NCBI GenBank assembly: GCA_965221955.1
Contig: CBDCTA010000029.1
Coordinates: 320,001 to 384,000, forward strand
Direction: 5' to 3'
DNA: 64,000 nt
From: Gammaproteobacteria bacterium
GTDB lineage: Bacteria; Pseudomonadota; Gammaproteobacteria; UBA4575
Part shown: positions 9,380 to 17,802 of the stretch, in pieces
Numbering within the stretch: the first letter of the stretch is position 1
How the letters are laid out: the number at the start of each line of letters is the position of its first letter
Notes under the pieces: generated by a model
What the model was told of the DNA's origin: nothing
The model's input: the letters and a program-made list of their open reading frames with translations, nothing else
Databases searched by the model: none
Position numbers and translations under genes: made by a program

Positions 9380-11287
9380 ATGCAAATATTATTTCGTTGT
9401 TTATTATTAATTATTTTTACTCATAGTGCCGTCGTTGCATCGAGTGACGATATCGTCGTGTTAAGCGCTGCAAAAGTTGCTGTACCTGAGAAAGAAGTTG
9501 GTGGGTCTATATCGATTATTTCCAGAAAAGAAATTGAAGATCATAATGCTTTGTCAGTGGTTGATTTATTGCGAATTATTCCGGGAGTTGCGATTAGCCA
9601 ATCAGGGCCATTTGGCTCATTAACACAAGTCCGTATAAGAGGGTCTGAGGCGAATCATGTGCTTGTATTGATTGATGGTGTTGAGGCAAATGACCCTGCT
9701 AATGGCTCAGAGTTTAATTTTTCCTATTTAAATCCAGAGAGCATCGAGCGTATTGAAGTTATACGTGGATCGCAAAGCTCAATATGGGGCAGTGATGCGC
9801 TTGCAGGAGTGATTAATATTATTACTCGAACCGGCAGTGACGATACTAAATTTACAAGTTTAGCTGAAATCGGCACACACGATTTTTTTCGTAGTTCAGC
9901 ATCTATGTCAGGTCGTTTGAGCAAACTAAAATATTATTTGCAGGGTGCTTATACAGATACGAATGGCGCAAATATTTCAGAACTAGGTTCCGAAAAAGAT
10001 GAATATGATCAGTCTGAATTCGTATTTAATGCACAGTATGAAATCAAACCGGAAGTAGTATTTGGATTGAATGTTAGACAGATTGACTCAGCTAATGACT
10101 TTGATGATTTTTCAATTATCACTGGTAAGCCTACGGATGCAGATAATAAAACCAATACAGAGCAATTTTATGGAATATCCTACTTAAAATTTTCCATGCT
10201 TGAAAATCATTGGAACCAAAAATTAGCAATTAGCCTTACCGATACACGTAATCAAAATGAAGATGGTTTTGGCAAAAGAAGAACAGAAGGAGAAAAATTA
10301 AAATTTGATTATTTGTCCGAAATAATTTGGGATACAAATCTGTTTTCTGGCGAGTCACACAAAATACTTTTTTCAGTCGAGCGAGAAAAAGAACATTATA
10401 AGCAAAGAGGCGTTATTTCATTTAATGATCCAAATCAAAATCAAAATATTACCAACTTTGGTTATGCAGCAGAATATCATCTAGGTCTATGGGAGCGGTT
10501 GTTTTTATCAGCTTCGTTAAGAAAGGATGATAATGATGAGTTCAAAGATCGTGATACGATGCGATTTTCCGCAGCTTATAATTTTTCAGATTTAGGCACA
10601 AAATTGCGTGCTTCTTATGGAACAGGTGTAAAAAATCCGAGCTTTACAGAGTTATTTGGTTTTTTCCCTGATTCATTTGTAGGCAATCCTGATTTAAAAC
10701 CTGAAAAGTCAGAATCGTGGGAGTTTGGATTTGACCAATCTTTAGTGGCGGATACCGTTCATATTGGAGCAACATTTTTTTGGGAAGACTTAAAAGATGA
10801 AATTGCAATCCAAAGCTTAGGATTTCCTTTAAGTACTGCAGAAAATTTGGATGAAAGAAGTGAACGAAATGGTGTGGAAGTTTATTTTGATGCGAATGTA
10901 AATCATCAGATAGATATTAGAGGTTCATATACATATACTGACTCTACAGCCCCAGACACAAATGGTGTTCAAATTCGGGAAATTCGTCGGCCGAAAACAA
11001 TCGCTAGTTTGCAATTAAATTATGAATTGTTACCAGGAAAATCAAATTTTAATGCTTCGTTGAATTATGTCGATGAACAAATTGATTCTGATTTTTCGAC
11101 TTTCCCTGCTGGTGAGGTAGAGCTAGATGACTATTATTTGTTTAATCTCAGTGGGTCATATCACTTAACTGATAATTTTAATTTATATTTAAGAGTTAAT
11201 AATTTGTTTGATAAGTCTTATCAGGACGTATATGGATTTGAAACGCTTGGTCAAACTATATATGCAGGGCTTAGAGTAAATTTGTAA
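9380..11287 (+). CDS. btuB: TonB-dependent vitamin B12 receptor
   Basis: Plug motifs IRGSEANHVLVLIDG and IERIEVIRG, GNPDLKPEKS; riboswitch context. Confidence 0.88.
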   Translation: MQILFRCLLLIIFTHSAVVASSDDIVVLSAAKVAVPEKEVGGSISIISRKEIEDHNALSVVDLLRIIPGVAISQSGPFGSLTQVRIRGSEANHVLVLIDGVEANDPANGSEFNFSYLNPESIERIEVIRGSQSSIWGSDALAGVINIITRTGSDDTKFTSLAEIGTHDFFRSSASMSGRLSKLKYYLQGAYTDTNGANISELGSEKDEYDQSEFVFNAQYEIKPEVVFGLNVRQIDSANDFDDFSIITGKPTDADNKTNTEQFYGISYLKFSMLENHWNQKLAISLTDTRNQNEDGFGKRRTEGEKLKFDYLSEIIWDTNLFSGESHKILFSVEREKEHYKQRGVISFNDPNQNQNITNFGYAAEYHLGLWERLFLSASLRKDDNDEFKDRDTMRFSAAYNFSDLGTKLRASYGTGVKNPSFTELFGFFPDSFVGNPDLKPEKSESWEFGFDQSLVADTVHIGATFFWEDLKDEIAIQSLGFPLSTAENLDERSERNGVEVYFDANVNHQIDIRGSYTYTDSTAPDTNGVQIREIRRPKTIASLQLNYELLPGKSNFNASLNYVDEQIDSDFSTFPAGEVELDDYYLFNLSGSYHLTDNFNLYLRVNNLFDKSYQDVYGFETLGQTIYAGLRVNL

Positions 11288-11853
11288 TGTCAAATAGATT
11301 AACAAAAATTTATACCAAAACAGGTGATAAAGGCGATACTGGGTTATCGACTGGGTTACGTGTTCGTAAAGATTGTCCACAAATACATGCGATCGGCGAT
11401 GTTGACGAGTTGAATTCAGTGTTGGGCATGGTTATGGCTCATGATATACCTAAAAAATTAAAAGAAACGTTTATAACTATTCAACATCAATTATTCAATT
11501 TGGGCGCAGAGCTAAATAATGCTGAACTAACCTTTATGAATAAACATATTGTTAAAGAATTAGAAGATAAAATTGATGAACTCAACCAAACACTTCCGCA
11601 GCTAAAGAATTTTATTTTACCAGGAGGTGGGCGTGCGGCCGCGACATGTCATTTAGCGCGCGCAGTATGTCGTCGTGCAGAACGTAGCGTAGTCATGTTA
11701 AGTGAAAAAAATGACCTCAACCCTCAGCTACAAATTTATCTAAATCGTCTTTCTGATTTTCTATTTGTTGCATGTCGAGTGTTAGCCAAGCATGCAGGTG
11801 AGAAAGAAACCCTTTGGTCAAGCAAAACAATAGCGCAGGGGACATATTATTAA
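11287..11853 (+). CDS. pduO: PduO-type cob(I)alamin adenosyltransferase
   Basis: KIYTKTGDKGDT, CRRAER and YLNRLSDFLF motifs. Confidence 0.95.
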   Translation: MSNRLTKIYTKTGDKGDTGLSTGLRVRKDCPQIHAIGDVDELNSVLGMVMAHDIPKKLKETFITIQHQLFNLGAELNNAELTFMNKHIVKELEDKIDELNQTLPQLKNFILPGGGRAAATCHLARAVCRRAERSVVMLSEKNDLNPQLQIYLNRLSDFLFVACRVLAKHAGEKETLWSSKTIAQGTYY

Positions 11854-11854
11854 C

Positions 11855-12745
11855 TTGGGAATTGATTTAGGCGGCACAAAGATTGAAGTCTTGGTGATTG
11901 ATAGTGGAGGTCAGGAGGTGCTAAGAAATCGAGTTGTTACTCCTAAAGATAATTATCAAGAAATTATTTCATCAATAGTAGGTTTAGTGGATGATGCAGA
12001 AAAACAATTAGAACAAGAATGTTCTGTAGGCATTTGCACACCAGGTTCTTTATCTCCAGTTTCGGGTTTGTTGCGAAATTCCAATACAACTTGTCTTAAT
12101 GGCCAGCCATTCAAAAAAGATCTCGAAACAAATTTAAACAAAGAAATACGAATTGCGAATGATGCAAATTGTTTTGCCTTATCTGAAGCTATGGATGGTG
12201 CAGCACAAGATGCGGGTACTGTTTTCGGTGTAATCGTGGGTACAGGTACAGGTGGTGGGATTGTTATTGATAAGAAAGTACTAATGGGAGGGAATGCAAT
12301 TGCAGGTGAGTGGGGGCATAACCCCTTGCCATGGCCAGAGAAAAGTGAGCATGGTTTATCGAAGTGTTGGTGTGGACAAGAAAACTGTATTGAAACGTTT
12401 CTATCGGGCCCGGGTTTGGCGAAAGATTACCAACGTTCCACGGAAAAAATAATTAGTGCAGAACAAATTGTTGAATTAGCGGAACAAGGAGATTCTGCTG
12501 CGGAAGAGGCCTTAAAACGTTATGAGCATCGCATGGCAAGAAGTTTTGCACATGTCATTAATATAGTTGATTCTGATGTCATCGTCTTAGGAGGTGGCAT
12601 GTCGAATGTAATGCGTTTGTATGAGAATGTACCTAAGTTATGGAAGCGGTGGATTTTTTCTGATTGTGTAAATACTAAGTTAATGCCACCGAATTATGGT
12701 GATTCCAGTGGAGTTAGGGGTGCCGCATGGCTATGGAACAATTGA
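11855..12745 (+). CDS. mak: ROK family sugar kinase (Mak/fructokinase-like)
   Basis: GIDLGGTK, ANDANCFALSEA, AGEWGHNPLPW, CWCG..CIE motifs. Start uncertain (TTG 11855 or ATT 11849). Confidence 0.85.
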   Translation: MGIDLGGTKIEVLVIDSGGQEVLRNRVVTPKDNYQEIISSIVGLVDDAEKQLEQECSVGICTPGSLSPVSGLLRNSNTTCLNGQPFKKDLETNLNKEIRIANDANCFALSEAMDGAAQDAGTVFGVIVGTGTGGGIVIDKKVLMGGNAIAGEWGHNPLPWPEKSEHGLSKCWCGQENCIETFLSGPGLAKDYQRSTEKIISAEQIVELAEQGDSAAEEALKRYEHRMARSFAHVINIVDSDVIVLGGGMSNVMRLYENVPKLWKRWIFSDCVNTKLMPPNYGDSSGVRGAAWLWNN

Positions 12746-12763
12746 GTAAGCTATAATTTAATT

Positions 12764-13279
12764 ATGATTCAAAACCGTATTCAGCCAAGCTATTTAATTG
12801 GGATTGTGTTGGTGCTAGCGCTGTCTCGCTTAGTGCCACATCCGCCTAATGCAGTACCTATTGCAGCGATGGCCTTATTTGCGGGTGCTTTTTTTACCCA
12901 TCGTCCTTTGGCGTATCTTGTGCCTATTGCAGCCATGTTTATTAGCGATGCACTCATTGGTTTTCATAGTACGGTTTGGTATGTGTATTTGGGTATGGCG
13001 TTGATTGTACTGATAGGAAGCCAGTTAAAACGAATCAGTATTATAAGTGTTGGGGTAAGCGCATTATTGGCATCAATTGTTTTTTTTCTAATTACAAATT
13101 TTGGCGCTTGGTTGCACCATGATATGTATACACAAGACCTAAATGGCTTGCTACATGCTTATGTGGCAGGTCTACCATTCTTGCGGAATGCAGTAATTGC
13201 TAATCTTCTATTTTCTTATCTCATATTTTACGGCTTAAGTGGTCTTTTTGACATAAAAACTGCAGCAAAATCTACTTAA
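12764..13279 (+). CDS. DUF6580-like membrane protein, probable ECF S-component-type transporter
   Basis: SRLVPHPPN..PIAAMALFAG and FFLITNFGAW..Y..GL...YVAGLPF pattern; multiple TM helices; last gene of the B12 operon. Confidence 0.7.
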   Translation: MIQNRIQPSYLIGIVLVLALSRLVPHPPNAVPIAAMALFAGAFFTHRPLAYLVPIAAMFISDALIGFHSTVWYVYLGMALIVLIGSQLKRISIISVGVSALLASIVFFLITNFGAWLHHDMYTQDLNGLLHAYVAGLPFLRNAVIANLLFSYLIFYGLSGLFDIKTAAKST

Positions 13280-13337
13280 ACATCTCAATTTAGACTCACT
13301 CTAATCGTGTGACGTTCTGTTGCATATGATCAGTACG

Positions 13338-13359
13338 AAATGTGTGCTGTATCACAAAC
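13338..13359. promoter_or_regulatory. CRP-type box
   Basis: AAA-TGTGT-GCTGTA-TCACA-AA; centre 13348.5, with TAAAAT at 13377-13382 giving class II spacing. Confidence 0.6.
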
Positions 13360-13388
13360 AATCCTATCGTGCTATTTAAAATATACAT

Positions 13389-13491
13389 ACAGATTTTATT
13401 TCGACAGATTAACTTTCTGATATGGATTGAAAGTTCATCTCCTGGCAAGGATGCCTTGACCCGCAGTTGTTAGTTCGACTGCGGGTTTTTT
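13389..13491 (+). ncRNA. Candidate small RNA with CsrA/RsmA-type GGA hairpin
   Basis: Lies between convergent genes; upstream CRP box and -10; GGCA-AGGA-TGCC hairpin 13444-13455; strong terminator. 5' end inferred. Confidence 0.4.
13459..13491 (+). terminator. Rho-independent terminator
   Basis: ACCCGCAGTTG-TTAGTT-CGACTGCGGGT followed by a T run. Confidence 0.88.
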
Positions 13492-14257
13492 ATTTTTTAA
13501 TTCCTAAAATTATATCTTTTGTACGTAGCAGCTTTAATGTCTGTGCACCACCTATATACACAGTTTCTGGGTTTGGGTGGTTGGTTTGTTTAATAATTTC
13601 GTCCAGTAATTCTTGGCCGGTTTTAGTGTTATCTTCCGAAAGCATGCTGATTAACATCGCAGTTATAGGATTCAGTTCCATAAAATTGACTTTGTCTTGT
13701 TTATCTCTGTACATCATTAGAAAGTTTGGTTGCTCATCAGCTTGTGTAGGATGAAAGCTGGGTTTTAGTCGATGCACTGGAAAGTGATAGCTGTGCATTT
13801 GGACGAGGGGGGATAATATAGGCACCCCATTTAATAAATCGCCCGCGACATCAATGTTCGACAAATCTGGTTCGACATCAGTAAAGGTTAGATGTATTTC
13901 AATCCATTCATAGTGAGCGAGTTCTTGAATAAAAATCGGGTCTTCGGGCTGAGGCTCACGCTCATTTTGTATGTAGTGTAAGAATTCTTTAGAAATATCT
14001 TTGAAATAGGGTGAAACAGATTGATGATTTGCAAAAAAAGCACGCACCATTTTGTGCCAATCTTCTTCACTATAAAATTTATGTAACACTGGGAAGGCGT
14101 TGTCGATAAAGCCTTTAACGTTGCGGTAGAAAAGACCACGGTAAACCTCCATACGGCGGTCTTCAATATCGCTTGGTGCACTTGCGTGTTCCGGATCTCT
14201 TAAATGTGCAGTAAATTCGTACTGGACTTTTTTGAATTCAGAATTCTCGCTAGTCAT
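13490..14257 (-). CDS. DUF2063 MNIO partner protein (HvfC/BufC-like)
   Basis: Q..FTAHLRDP, RRMEVYRGLF, ELAHYEW motifs; immediately downstream of DUF692. Confidence 0.9.
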   Translation of the reverse strand: MTSENSEFKKVQYEFTAHLRDPEHASAPSDIEDRRMEVYRGLFYRNVKGFIDNAFPVLHKFYSEEDWHKMVRAFFANHQSVSPYFKDISKEFLHYIQNEREPQPEDPIFIQELAHYEWIEIHLTFTDVEPDLSNIDVAGDLLNGVPILSPLVQMHSYHFPVHRLKPSFHPTQADEQPNFLMMYRDKQDKVNFMELNPITAMLISMLSEDNTKTGQELLDEIIKQTNHPNPETVYIGGAQTLKLLRTKDIILGIKK

Positions 14258-14271
14258 TTTTCCATTCTCGA

Positions 14272-15135
14272 CTAGCTTGCTTTTGCAACCGCTTGATTAG
14301 AAATGTCCCATTTATTTTGTAAATCACGTATGGTGTGAACTTCTTGCATAAGTTCATTCAGTGGTGGGAAGTTAAAATCTCGTTCGAGTAACGTCGGCAT
14401 ATTGCCAAATAATTCATAGGCCTTATCTAAAATATTCCAAACAGGGTCAATTACATTTGCACCGTGCGTATCGATAATCAAATCTTCCGCTTCATTGTAA
14501 TGGCCTGCTACATGACAGTATGCGACACGATCTCGAGGGAGTGACGCTAAAAACTCCATTGGGTTATAGCGATGGTTAATCGAATTTACATAAATATTAT
14601 TAACATCTAATAACAAATCGCAATCAGCCTCTTCTAAAACAGCATTGACGAAATCAATTTCATCCATTTCTTTACCAGGTGCAGCATAGTAAGAAACATT
14701 TTCAATCGCTATCCGTCTTTCTAGTATTTCTTGTACTTTTTTGATTCGGTCAGCAACGTAATGTGTCGCTTCTTCTGTAAAAGGAATGGGCATTAAGTCA
14801 TATAGGTGACCTTGGTCGGAGCAATAACTCAGATGTTCGCTGTAACAACGAATATCATGTTCATCTAAAAACTTTTTTACTTCTAAAATAAATTTTTCAT
14901 CTAATGGTGCGGGGCTGCCTAAAGATAACGATAAACCATGTGTGACAAATGGAACTTTTTCAGTAAATGCACGAAAGCGTTTACCGAGTTTCCCACCCAT
15001 GCCGATCCAATTTTCTGGAGCAACTTCCATAAAGTCGATTTCAGCAGGAAAAGCAGTTTCCAATTCATCCATGAGGTCTCGGCGTAAACCAAGACCTGAA
15101 CCTGAAACTGGATAAGTTTTTTGTGTTGTTTGCAT
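14272..15135 (-). CDS. DUF692 multinuclear non-heme iron oxidative enzyme (MNIO, HvfB/BufB-like)
   Basis: GLGLR, EVAPENW, HGLSLSLG, SEHL, ENVSYY, LLLDVNNIYVN, HVAGH, IDTHG, LLERD. Confidence 0.96.
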   Translation of the reverse strand: MQTTQKTYPVSGSGLGLRRDLMDELETAFPAEIDFMEVAPENWIGMGGKLGKRFRAFTEKVPFVTHGLSLSLGSPAPLDEKFILEVKKFLDEHDIRCYSEHLSYCSDQGHLYDLMPIPFTEEATHYVADRIKKVQEILERRIAIENVSYYAAPGKEMDEIDFVNAVLEEADCDLLLDVNNIYVNSINHRYNPMEFLASLPRDRVAYCHVAGHYNEAEDLIIDTHGANVIDPVWNILDKAYELFGNMPTLLERDFNFPPLNELMQEVHTIRDLQNKWDISNQAVAKAS

Positions 15136-15161
15136 AATAATCAGTTTACCTTAGCAGAAGA

Positions 15162-15188
15162 GACCGCACTACAGTTCCAGTACTTACA
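15162..15188 (-). promoter_or_regulatory. Putative ECF-sigma promoter (TGTAA-N18-GGTC) of MNIO gene
   Basis: Minus strand TGTAAgtactggaactgtagtgcGGTC; identically spaced motif upstream of the precursor gene. Confidence 0.55.
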
Positions 15189-15310
15189 AATTATGTGCTT
15201 ACATAATTAAGCATAACTAACTGTAAAGGACTTGTATCTTAGATGTTCTGGGTTTGTATGTTAGAAAGCAGGTTCTAGTATTTGTTCCCTAGGCAAAGTA
15301 TGTATTTTAT

Positions 15311-15964
15311 TTATTCTTGTCGAAATGCTCGATGCAGCCAATAATCAATACTGAAATACTTGCCTGCGCCAATGAAAAATAAAACCAGCAACATAATTAA
15401 ATAGGTTGTGGCAAATTCGATACCATTATTCAAAACGACAAAATTTCCTTTTTCCGTTAACCATGAATAGTTACCATGTTTTTTAAGTAAAGACTTCGCT
15501 GCACTAACACGCTTTCCAACTTCTTCACTGTTTTCTAAACTACGTTTTGCGGCGGGGATTCCAATTGCAGCAAGCGGTTTTGCAGTACTTGTGGATGGAT
15601 CACCTGGAGCAATTGCAAACCAACCATCATCCCAGTGCACAGCGAAAATCGCTACTAACATGGTAATCATGAGAGGAATGGCAAACCAACGGACTGCAAC
15701 ACCAAACAATAATGCAAAGCCGCCAATTAATTCCGTTAAAGCCGCAAGGTATGCAAGAAGCGTGGGTGCAGGTAGCCCTAAGCCCCAATCCGGATTGCCT
15801 AACCAATTGGCAAAGTCTTCGATACCCGTAATTTTAGTTAAACCTGCTGCGATAAAAATAGGTGCGAGATAAAGGCGTAATGCAAGTGGTCCAAGAAAAT
15901 CGATGCCACGAAATTTATCTAAAATATTTTGTAACGAGTTTGCTGTGCCAATTAATGCCGACAT
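15311..15964 (-). CDS. DoxX family membrane protein (HvfX-like)
   Basis: LALRLYLAPIF..AG..K, WGLGLPAP, VHW..GWFAIA, LNNGIEF; adjacent to the MNIO gene. Confidence 0.9.
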   Translation of the reverse strand: MSALIGTANSLQNILDKFRGIDFLGPLALRLYLAPIFIAAGLTKITGIEDFANWLGNPDWGLGLPAPTLLAYLAALTELIGGFALLFGVAVRWFAIPLMITMLVAIFAVHWDDGWFAIAPGDPSTSTAKPLAAIGIPAAKRSLENSEEVGKRVSAAKSLLKKHGNYSWLTEKGNFVVLNNGIEFATTYLIMLLVLFFIGAGKYFSIDYWLHRAFRQE

Positions 15965-16009
15965 GTGTCGCTCCTTAAGTATTGATTATTTATTTTATTT
16001 ACTCGAGCC

Positions 16010-17506
16010 CTATGAAGTTACAGGGTCAGGATATAATTCATTCAATGGGACTGATTTACCATCTGGTCGAACCATGCGCGCATGGAACCGACGTAACTGA
16101 CGTGGTTCATGTACTCCACAAGAATGTGCAATCACTCCTACTTCATGGACCATGTTCTGGGCGTAATTTCTTACACGCTCGGCTTTAATTTTTGGATCTA
16201 AACCGGTTTGAAGCTTTTTATTGTGAGTGGTGATGCCAGTTGGGCAAGTGTTTTTATTGCATTGTAGAGCTTGTATGCATCCTAAGGAAAACATAAACCC
16301 ACGAGCAGAATTTACAAAATCTGCACCGACTGCAAAAGCCCAGGCCACTTCAGCGGGTGTGATGAGTTTTCCAGAGGCAGCAACTTTTATACGATCACGT
16401 AAGGCATGCATTTTTAGGCGGTCCACCACTAGTGGGAGGCTTTCTTCAATTGGTAAACCCATGTAGTCAATTAAACTCATCGGTGCTGCACCCGTTCCAC
16501 CGTCTGCACTGTCAATAGTAATAAAATCAGGAGCGGACTCTTTTCCGCGTTTATTAATGGCTTCAAATAGTTCATCGAGCCAACCGTATGCACCGATAAC
16601 ACATTTGAACCCAACCGGTTTTCCTGTTACATCGCGTATGTGATTCAACACATTCAATAAATCATCTGTGCTATCAATTTCAGGATGACGATTGGGGCTA
16701 ATTGAATCTGAACCTACAGGTATACCTCTTATTTTTGAGATTTCTTCGGTCACTTTATTGCCCGGTAAAATTCCACCTTTTCCAGGTTTTGCGCCTTGAC
16801 TTAGTTTGAGTTCGAACATTTTTACTTGATCAAGAGCCGCTACTTCGCGCAATTTTTCATCACTTAAATTTCCTTCAGCATCACGCACTCCATATTTTGC
16901 TGTGCCAATTTGAAATACGATATCTGCACCACCTTCTATATGGAAAGGGGATAAACCGCCTTCACCCGTGTTCATCCAACAACCTGCCATGCGCGCACCA
17001 TTTGAAAGTGCAAGTACAGCAGGCTTTGAAATCGCGCCATAGCTCATACCTGAAATATTAAAAATCGAGTCAGTTGTATAGGGATGAGTAGTATATGGAC
17101 CGATGGTGACATTACTTGTTGGTGCTGCATCTCGATCCAGAGTGGGATACGGACAATTAACAAATAACACTGTGCCAGTAGGGCGCAAATCTCGTGTAGA
17201 GCCAAATGCTACGGTGTTATCGATATTTTTTGCTGCACGATATACCCATGAACGCTCAGCGCGATTAAACGGCAGTTCTTCGCGATCCATGGCGAAAAAA
17301 TATTGACGGAAGAACTCTCCTAATTCTTCAAAGAAATAGCGAAATCGGCCGATAACAGGGAAATTATGCCGAATTGCGTGCGCAGTCTGAGATTTATCTA
17401 TGATGTATAGAACAGCAATGATGACAACAAGCAGCCCTAAAGTAAAAATAAATAGTAAGGCGGCGATTTCTAAAAATCGGATGACAAAAATAGGTAATTC
17501 GGACAT
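16010..17506 (-). CDS. FMN-binding glutamate synthase family protein (stand-alone, membrane-anchored)
   Basis: SGMSYGAIS, NTGEGG, ELKLSQGAKPGKGG, GCIQALQCNKNTCPTG ([3Fe-4S]); N-terminal TM helix. Confidence 0.92.
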   Translation of the reverse strand: MSELPIFVIRFLEIAALLFIFTLGLLVVIIAVLYIIDKSQTAHAIRHNFPVIGRFRYFFEELGEFFRQYFFAMDREELPFNRAERSWVYRAAKNIDNTVAFGSTRDLRPTGTVLFVNCPYPTLDRDAAPTSNVTIGPYTTHPYTTDSIFNISGMSYGAISKPAVLALSNGARMAGCWMNTGEGGLSPFHIEGGADIVFQIGTAKYGVRDAEGNLSDEKLREVAALDQVKMFELKLSQGAKPGKGGILPGNKVTEEISKIRGIPVGSDSISPNRHPEIDSTDDLLNVLNHIRDVTGKPVGFKCVIGAYGWLDELFEAINKRGKESAPDFITIDSADGGTGAAPMSLIDYMGLPIEESLPLVVDRLKMHALRDRIKVAASGKLITPAEVAWAFAVGADFVNSARGFMFSLGCIQALQCNKNTCPTGITTHNKKLQTGLDPKIKAERVRNYAQNMVHEVGVIAHSCGVHEPRQLRRFHARMVRPDGKSVPLNELYPDPVTS

Positions 17507-17802
17507 GCGATCTTCCCTTAATTATTGTTTTAGTGAGCTTGGGATAGATGAACGGATTTTAACACAATATATTTCACTAATATTTATGAATAGAAAGAGT
17601 AATGTACAAGCTGTTTAAAGTGTATATGTTAGTGAATGCTTATATTCATGAAAAATTGCAGCGTGCTTAATTGATGCAGCGTACACTTTGTATTTAGCTG
17701 TAATAATAAAACTTAATCACGGTTCTAATGAGCAAGACGGACTACAAAGCAAGATAAATTTAAAAAATAGTTGGTAGAAATATTTTTTTATAGGGGTTAT
17801 TC

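Noticed and set aside
13467-13754. 95-aa plus-strand ORF
   Set aside because: Starts inside a terminator hairpin and is antisense to DUF2063.
15183-15203. CTTACA repeats as a GacA/UvrY box
   Set aside because: The copies are direct, not the inverted TGTAAG-N6-CTTACA arrangement.
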